Shown here one piece after another: positions 25,240 through 32,000 of a stretch of 32,000 nt of DNA; positions within the stretch are counted from its first letter, which is position 1; each line of letters opens with the position of its first letter. A program made the translations under genes and the position numbers. The notes beneath the pieces are model-generated. The model saw only the letters and a program-made list of their open reading frames with translations. It did no database searches and was not told the DNA's origin. The stretch comes from Idiomarina loihiensis L2TR (GTDB lineage Bacteria; Pseudomonadota; Gammaproteobacteria; Enterobacterales; Alteromonadaceae): assembly GCF_000008465.1 (NCBI RefSeq), contig NC_006512.1, positions 1,470,001 through 1,502,000 of the forward strand, given 5' to 3'.

Positions 25240-25906
25240 ATCACACCCAGGCGAAGGCCTTTTATATCAGTACGCCTCTGGCGATCTTAGCGCGGCGATG
25301 ACGTTAGTTGTCGGCACACACATTGATATGTGTAAAGCCTGTCGTCAAACCGTGTGTGAGATTGAGCAGAAGTTGTGTGAAGAAAACCTGGATACCTTGG
25401 TTAGTGTTGCCAGTACAACAATGAGCAAGTCTCAGTGTGACCAAATGCTGGAAGCCATTTTCGCGTCTTCTGCATGTAACAAACAAGCACACCAACCGAA
25501 TGAGATGCTCTCTCTGGAAGGTCGTCGCTTTACACTGCCTCGTACTTTGGCTCATAACAGTCATCGCATTGGTGAGTGGTCGAAACTGGTCGGTAAACTC
25601 TGGCGCGCACCATTAACTCTGGACAATGGAAATCAGACGAACTTAATTTACATGGCACCAGGAGCAAAACTCCCTGAACATACGCATAAAGGAAAAGAGG
25701 CGACTCTGGTTATTGATGGTGTTTTTAATGACGAGCAGAGCGAGTACCGGGACGGTGATTTTATTTTGTTAGACCCCAGCCGTACCCATACTCCGGAAAC
25801 TCAGGATGAAGACTGTTTAACTCTGGCTACGCTGGATGCACCTTTACACTTTACGTCTGGTATCAGCCGGTTACTGAATCCCTTTAGCCAGCTCTTCTTT
25901 CGTTAA
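25229..25906 (+). CDS. chrR: Anti-sigma factor ChrR (N-terminal zinc anti-sigma domain + C-terminal cupin)
   Basis: The ZAS ligands fall at H6, H31, C35 and C38 (HIDMCKAC = H-x3-C-x2-C). As far as I recall, these are the same positions as in Rhodobacter sphaeroides ChrR. The C-terminal cupin metal motif is H151-x-H153-x3-E157 ... H187. Confidence 0.9.
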   Translation: MMIKSHPGEGLLYQYASGDLSAAMTLVVGTHIDMCKACRQTVCEIEQKLCEENLDTLVSVASTTMSKSQCDQMLEAIFASSACNKQAHQPNEMLSLEGRRFTLPRTLAHNSHRIGEWSKLVGKLWRAPLTLDNGNQTNLIYMAPGAKLPEHTHKGKEATLVIDGVFNDEQSEYRDGDFILLDPSRTHTPETQDEDCLTLATLDAPLHFTSGISRLLNPFSQLFFR

Positions 25907-25933
25907 TTCCCGGCGACTAAGTACAGACTCAAA

Positions 25934-25972
25934 TAAAAAAGAACCCGAGGTTAATCCTCGGGTTCTGCGTTT
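25934..25972. terminator. Bidirectional terminator shared by chrR (+) and ihfA (-)
   Basis: AAAAAAA-GAACCCGAGG-ttaat-CCTCGGGTTC-tgcgtttt. The right arm encodes the last codons of ihfA (NAEPED*). Confidence 0.8.
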
Positions 25973-26247
25973 TCGACTCGACTTTTAAATTTCTGACCAG
26001 GTTTGAAGGTGACAACCCGACGCGCTGAAATAGGAATTTCCTCGCCCGTTTTCGGGTTACGCCCAGGGCGCTGATTTTTAGTTCGCAGTTCAAAATTGCC
26101 AAAACCTGACAACTTCACCTGCTCGCCTCTTTCCAAAGCAACTCTGATTTCTTCAAAAAAATCTTCAACTAACACTTTGGCATCTTGTTTACTAACACCG
26201 TATTTGTCGAACAGCACTTCTGCCAGTTCTGCTTTGGTCAGCGCCAT
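25951..26247 (-). CDS. ihfA: Integration host factor subunit alpha
   Basis: 98 aa. [10 protein letters not shown]...[41 protein letters not shown] is canonical IHF-alpha. It starts 3 nt after the pheT stop. Confidence 0.97.
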   Translation of the reverse strand: MALTKAELAEVLFDKYGVSKQDAKVLVEDFFEEIRVALERGEQVKLSGFGNFELRTKNQRPGRNPKTGEEIPISARRVVTFKPGQKFKSRVENAEPED

Positions 26248-26250
26248 AGT

Positions 26251-28638
26251 TTAATCCCTCAATGTTGCATTAAACTCACTCTTTAATGTCTCAATAAATT
26301 TAGTCATAAGCTCAGTGACTTCCGCTTCTTCCAAAGTTTTGTCGCTGTCTTGCAAAGTAACGGATAGAGCCAAGCTTTGTTTACCTTCTGCCACACCATC
26401 ACCGATGTAAACGTCAAACAAGTTTAGGTCAACTAACTGTTTTACGCCAACATTTTCCATCGCAGCTATCAGCTCACCTGCCGCAAGGTCCTTATCAACC
26501 ACAACAGCAAGGTCGCGACGAATAGATGGATAACGAGATACCGGCTTAGCTTGCGGTAAAGGTCGCTCAGTCACGACTGATAACGCCAGTTCAAACACAA
26601 AGGTGCGCTGGTTAAGCCCTAAAGCCTTATCAAACTTGGGATGCAAAGCGCCGATATCACCGACTTTTTCAGAGCCGCGGTAAATTGCCGCTGATTGCCC
26701 CGGGTGCAGTGCCGGATTTTGCGATGCAACAAAACGGAAGGCCGCAGCATTGCCTGTTTGAGCCAACAAAGCTTCAACATCACCTTTTACATCGTAAAAA
26801 TCAACCGGACGGTCACCTTCCGACCAATGCTCTGAATGCGCTTTACCAGAACGTATACCGCTGATAACCGCTTCCTGACGAACACCGTTTTCAGCTGACT
26901 CGTCTGGAATAAAACGCAAACCCGTTTCTACGAAAGCCAGCACAGACTGCTGACGCTTCTGATTATGAGCAACCGCGCCGACTAATCCCGGCCATAAGCT
27001 TACACGCATAGAAGACATATCAACCGAAATTGGGTGTGGCAAGGTCAGCGCTGCGGTTTCATCAAACATCAGTGCCTGATGCTTTGGATCGACAAAGCTG
27101 TAGGTTATCGCTTCCTGATAGCCACGACTGACCATAGCATCCACCAACTGATGGGTACTAAGCTGGCTTTCTTTGCGCTCGGTCATACGCAGTTGCGCTG
27201 CCGGCGGTGCAGCCTGAATTGAGTTGTAACCGTAAACACGGGCAACTTCTTCAATTAAGTCTTCTTCAATGCTTAAGTCAAAACGGTATGAAGGAATGCC
27301 CACCTGCCACTGTTCACCGTCAAATGAAACATCAAAGCCTAAACGCTCTAGAATTTCAGTGACATTGTCATTAGCAATGCTGACACCCAGTACTTTCGCC
27401 AATCGGCAGGCTCTTAAGGTAATGCCGTCACGCTTAGGTAAAAATGCTTCTGCTACGGCTTCGGTTACCGGCCCTGCTTCACCACCGCAAATCGCCAACA
27501 ATAATTCTGTTGCTCTTTCCATTGCAGTACGCTGCAACTGAGGGTCTACGCCGCGCTCATAACGATGAGACGCATCGGTATGTAACCCGTAACGACGCGC
27601 TTTGCCTAAGATGGCATCCGGTGCAAAGAACGCGCTTTCCAGAAAAATGTTTTTACTGCTTTCTGTTACACCGCTGTTTTTACCACCGTAAACCCCCGCC
27701 ATGGCTAGTGCTTTTTTCTCGTCAGCAATAACCAGGGTGTCTTCGTCTAGTTCAACTAATTGCTCATCTAATAAGGTCAACTGCTCTTTCGGCTTAGCTA
27801 AGCGAACATCAATGTTCCCTTCCAGCGAGTCGAGATCAAAAGCATGCATGGGGTGACCCAGTTCAAGCAGCACGTAGTTAGTGACATCAACTACCGGGTC
27901 AATGCTACGAATACCGCTGCGTCTTAACTTTTCTGTCATCCATACCGGCGTTGGACGAGTTAAATCGACACCTTTAATAACACGGCCTAAATAACGCGGA
28001 CATTGCTCAGCCGCAGACAAACTAATGCTCAGCGTATCTTCAATACTAGCGGTTACTTCATTACTTTCTGGTACTGTGACATCCAGACGGTTCAATACCC
28101 CTACTTCACGTGCAATACCACGAATACTCAGACAGTCACCACGGTTAGGCGTTAAGTCGATATCAATACTGTTGTCGTCAAGTTGCAGGTATTTACGGTA
28201 ATCTTCTCCAACCGGAGCATCAGCCGGAAGCTCAATAATGCCATCATGCTCATCAATAAGGCCCAGCTCTTTAAACGAGCACAGCATACCGTTTGACGGC
28301 TGACCGCGAAGCTTCGCTTTCTTAATTTTGAAATCACCAGGCAATACCGCACCAACTTTAGCAACCGCAACCTTAATGCCTAAGCGGCAGTTAGAGGCGC
28401 CACAAACAATATCCACCGGCTCGTCTTCGCCAACATTAACTTTGGTCACTTGCAGTTTATCTGCGTCCGGATGAGGACCACACTCAATCACTTCACCAAC
28501 GACGACAGTATGGAATTCATCGGCAACCGGCTCAACAGCATCTACTTCAAGACCTGCCATGCTGAGCTGTTCACTCAATTCATGACTGCTGATGTCGGGG
28601 TTAACCCATTCCCTTAACCATTGTTCACTGAATTTCAT
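26251..28638 (-). CDS. pheT: Phenylalanine--tRNA ligase beta subunit
   Basis: 795 aa. MKFSEQWLREWVNP... with tRNA-binding, B3/4, B5 and FDX-ACB regions in the usual order. It follows pheS. Confidence 0.97.
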   Translation of the reverse strand: MKFSEQWLREWVNPDISSHELSEQLSMAGLEVDAVEPVADEFHTVVVGEVIECGPHPDADKLQVTKVNVGEDEPVDIVCGASNCRLGIKVAVAKVGAVLPGDFKIKKAKLRGQPSNGMLCSFKELGLIDEHDGIIELPADAPVGEDYRKYLQLDDNSIDIDLTPNRGDCLSIRGIAREVGVLNRLDVTVPESNEVTASIEDTLSISLSAAEQCPRYLGRVIKGVDLTRPTPVWMTEKLRRSGIRSIDPVVDVTNYVLLELGHPMHAFDLDSLEGNIDVRLAKPKEQLTLLDEQLVELDEDTLVIADEKKALAMAGVYGGKNSGVTESSKNIFLESAFFAPDAILGKARRYGLHTDASHRYERGVDPQLQRTAMERATELLLAICGGEAGPVTEAVAEAFLPKRDGITLRACRLAKVLGVSIANDNVTEILERLGFDVSFDGEQWQVGIPSYRFDLSIEEDLIEEVARVYGYNSIQAAPPAAQLRMTERKESQLSTHQLVDAMVSRGYQEAITYSFVDPKHQALMFDETAALTLPHPISVDMSSMRVSLWPGLVGAVAHNQKRQQSVLAFVETGLRFIPDESAENGVRQEAVISGIRSGKAHSEHWSEGDRPVDFYDVKGDVEALLAQTGNAAAFRFVASQNPALHPGQSAAIYRGSEKVGDIGALHPKFDKALGLNQRTFVFELALSVVTERPLPQAKPVSRYPSIRRDLAVVVDKDLAAGELIAAMENVGVKQLVDLNLFDVYIGDGVAEGKQSLALSVTLQDSDKTLEEAEVTELMTKFIETLKSEFNATLRD

Positions 28639-28651
28639 TGCTTACTGCCCG

Positions 28652-29716
<1,065 letters not shown>

Positions 29717-29755
29717 CTAAATCTGTTTATTCGAACCCATAAAGGTTTTGAATAA

Positions 29756-30109
29756 TTACAGTGCGCCTTTTGCTTTCTCAACCAAAGCGGCAAAACCGTT
29801 TTGATCATGAACAGCGATATCGGCTAAGATTTTACGATCGATTTCAATAGATGCTTTTTTCAGACCATTGATAAAGCGGCTGTAAGACAGACCGTTTTGA
29901 CGAGCCGCAGCATTGATACGAACAATCCACAATTGACGGAATTGACGTTTTTTGTTGCGACGGTCACGGTATGCATATTGACCTGCTTTAGTTACTGCCT
30001 GGACCGCTACGCGATAAACGCGACTACGGGCACCATAATAACCTTTCGCCTGCTTCAGGACTTTTTTGTGACGCGCTCTCGCGATTACACCACGTTTTAC
30101 TCGTGCCAT
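29756..30109 (-). CDS. rplT: 50S ribosomal protein L20
   Basis: 117 aa, [35 protein letters not shown]..., with AAGGAG upstream. Confidence 0.98.
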   Translation of the reverse strand: MARVKRGVIARARHKKVLKQAKGYYGARSRVYRVAVQAVTKAGQYAYRDRRNKKRQFRQLWIVRINAAARQNGLSYSRFINGLKKASIEIDRKILADIAVHDQNGFAALVEKAKGAL

Positions 30110-30122
30110 TTGCTATCTCTCC

Positions 30123-30320
30123 TTATGCGTACGGTAACATGCGAACGACTAATTTAACGTCGGCCTCATGGACCATGCTCTTAGCGCGAAGCTGACGCTT
30201 ACGCTTAGGGCTCTTCTTAGTCAGAATGTGACGCAAGTGAGATTGCTTGCACTTAAAACCACCAGAAGCAGTCTTTTTAAAGCGCTTGGAAGCGCCCTTG
30301 TTCGATTTCATTTTTGGCAT
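30123..30320 (-). CDS. rpmI: 50S ribosomal protein L35
   Basis: The start is moved to ATG 30320, giving the canonical 65-aa [36 protein letters not shown]... The ORF-track start at 30371 is an extension. Confidence 0.97.
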   Translation of the reverse strand: MPKMKSNKGASKRFKKTASGGFKCKQSHLRHILTKKSPKRKRQLRAKSMVHEADVKLVVRMLPYA

Positions 30321-30393
30321 GAAATTAAACTCCGCATTGTTGATAAAAGTGTGAAAGGGTGAGCCTGACAATCAGACTACTTGTAAACCACGA

Positions 30394-30939
30394 TCACTTC
30401 TTGTTGGGTGCCAAGACCATAATCATCTGGCGCCCTTCGGCACGTCTTGGGAACGACTCAACAATTGAGATTTCTTCTAAATCGTTTTTAACGCGATTCA
30501 GCAATTCAATGCCCAACTCTTGGTGTGCCATTTCCCGGCCACGGAAACGGATAGTGACTTTAGTTTTGTCACCTCCCTCGAGGAAACGACGCAGGTTGCG
30601 CAGTTTTACCTGGTAGTCGCCCTCATCAGTACCAGGTCGGAACTTAACTTCCTTGACCTGAATCTGTTTCTGTTTTTTCTTCTGCTCTTTCTGTTCTTTA
30701 CTCTTTTCAAAGAGGAACTTGCCGTAATCCATCAAGCGGCAGACTGGTGGTTCTGCGTTAGGGCTCATCTCCACCAAATCAACACCAGCTTCCGCTGCTG
30801 CATCAAGAGCCTCGTTAATACTGACGACACCAGCTTGTTCACCATCGGTTCCGATTAAGCGAACTTCATCAACGCCTGTAATTTGTTCGTTGATACGGTT
30901 TTTATCTGCAGCTTTCTGAGTTCTTTTTCCGCCTTTAAT
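30394..30939 (-). CDS. infC: Translation initiation factor IF-3, initiating at a non-canonical ATT codon
   Basis: The ORF track begins at an internal TTG (30777). The frame stays open upstream to ATT 30939..30937, with GGAGG 8 nt upstream (30952..30948). The added residues (I/M)[60 protein letters not shown] form the IF3 N-domain. Total length is 181 aa. Confidence 0.93.
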   Translation of the reverse strand: MKGGKRTQKAADKNRINEQITGVDEVRLIGTDGEQAGVVSINEALDAAAEAGVDLVEMSPNAEPPVCRLMDYGKFLFEKSKEQKEQKKKQKQIQVKEVKFRPGTDEGDYQVKLRNLRRFLEGGDKTKVTIRFRGREMAHQELGIELLNRVKNDLEEISIVESFPRRAEGRQMIMVLAPNKK

Positions 30940-30958
30940 GGTTTATTCCTCCAAACAA

Positions 30959-32000
30959 TTAATCAATTTTGCGAGTACGGACTTCGTCCTCTACACGAGT
31001 AATGAAGTCTTCTAACGGGAATTTGCCCAAGTCTTCACCACCACGTGTACGTACCGCAACCTCACCAGCTTCGACTTCTTTATCGCCGACAACCAGTAAA
31101 TATGGAACACGTTTTAATGTGTGTTCACGGATTTTAAAGCCTATCTTCTCATTTCTCAAGTCGGCTGATGCACGAATTCCCTTTTCGTTCAGGGTTTTGA
31201 CAACTTTTCGTACATAATCGCTTTGATTATCCGTGATATTCATTAATACAACTTGCGTTGGCGACAACCACAATGGGAAGTGCCCTGCGTACTCTTCAAT
31301 GAGAATACCCATGAAACGTTCAAGTGATCCCAAAATAGCGCGGTGAATCATAACTGGCGTGTGTCGCTCGTTATCTTCGCCTACGTATGTGGCACCTAAA
31401 CGCCCTGGCAACGCAAAATCGAGCTGTATTGTACCACATTGCCACGCTCTGCCCAGACAATCGAACAAAGTAAATTCTATTTTCGGACCATAAAAGGCAC
31501 CTTCACCCGGCAAATACGAAAAATCGATGTCATTATTTTTCAAAGCCTGAGCTAATGCTGTCTCCGAGCGATCCCATGTAGCATCGTCGCCTAAGCGCTT
31601 TTCCGGGCGGGTAGACAGCTTCACATCGATGTTCTCAAAACCAAAGGTTTTGTAGGTTTCGTACACCATTTTGATACAACCAGCGACTTCTTCCTGAACC
31701 TGTTGTTCGGTACAGAAAATGTGTGCATCATCTTGTGTAAAACCTCGAACACGCATCAGACCGTGCAAAGCACCAGATGGTTCATTACGGTGACAGCTAC
31801 CAAATTCAGCCATACGTAATGGTAAGTCGCGGTACGACTTTAAGCCCTGATTGAAAATTTGAACGTGCCCCGGGCAGTTCATAGGCTTAACGGCATACTC
31901 GCGGTTTTCCGATGAGGTGGTAAACATAAGTTCTGAGAATTTCTCCCAGTGACCTGATTTCTCCCACAGCACCCGGTCCATCATCATAGGACCTTTAACT
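30959..32000 (-). CDS. thrS: Threonine--tRNA ligase, C-terminal ~346 codons (the 5' part lies beyond the window end)
   Basis: The frame is open to the window edge (…[18 protein letters not shown]; E. coli has [19 protein letters not shown]). Class II core motifs are [37 protein letters not shown] and [10 protein letters not shown], followed by the anticodon-binding domain. The Met at 31987 in the ORF track is internal. Confidence 0.97.
   Translation of the reverse strand, partial: VKGPMMMDRVLWEKSGHWEKFSELMFTTSSENREYAVKPMNCPGHVQIFNQGLKSYRDLPLRMAEFGSCHRNEPSGALHGLMRVRGFTQDDAHIFCTEQQVQEEVAGCIKMVYETYKTFGFENIDVKLSTRPEKRLGDDATWDRSETALAQALKNNDIDFSYLPGEGAFYGPKIEFTLFDCLGRAWQCGTIQLDFALPGRLGATYVGEDNERHTPVMIHRAILGSLERFMGILIEEYAGHFPLWLSPTQVVLMNITDNQSDYVRKVVKTLNEKGIRASADLRNEKIGFKIREHTLKRVPYLLVVGDKEVEAGEVAVRTRGGEDLGKFPLEDFITRVEDEVRTRKID

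Noticed and set aside
30321-30393. A possible L20 translational operator (pseudoknot/stem-loop) upstream of rpmI, as in E. coli.
   Set aside because: I could find only a weak imperfect stem (GTCTGA..TCAGGC). The E. coli pseudoknot involves long-range pairing into infC, which I cannot verify by eye. A covariance-model search or a folding computation would be needed.

Overview
This is a chromosomal, mostly core-genome window. It appears to come from a marine gammaproteobacterium: the housekeeping proteins look Alteromonadales-like and GC looks mid-40s % by eye, but the taxon is inference only.

Gene content, left to right:
- hrpA (partial) and a signal-peptide-bearing isoaspartyl peptidase/asparaginase.
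- A small acidic ORF, sbcB and a GMC flavoenzyme.
- An uncharacterised envelope cluster: an MMPL/HpnN-like RND transporter plus a Ycf48/BNR beta-propeller, divergent from a DUF1329 protein.
- A Nif3-cmoM-HIBADH-type dehydrogenase operon.
- Two small convergent genes: a histone-H1-like protein with x-x-x-K-K pentapeptide repeats, and a stand-alone KOW-motif protein.
- A ten-gene, tightly coupled operon: ybgA-phrB-NTF2-SDR-FAD oxidase-DUF1365-CFA-synthase-like-DUF2878-chalcone-isomerase-like-DUF3833.
- Divergent from that operon, a Lon-N-domain gene, then an ECF sigma factor and a ChrR-type ZAS/cupin anti-sigma factor, preceded by a TGATCC-N15-CGTAAT promoter.
- The classical thrS (partial)-infC (ATT start)-rpmI-rplT-pheS-pheT-ihfA block.

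I saw no tRNA or rRNA genes, CRISPR array, transposase or integrase, or recognisable defence genes.

The least-understood content is the sigma/ChrR-linked DUF-rich operon and the DUF1329/Ycf48/RND cluster. Both are conserved but unexplained rather than demonstrably new, and I could not identify a clearly novel system beyond them.

All family assignments come from reading the translations and from memory of those families. None has been checked against a database.
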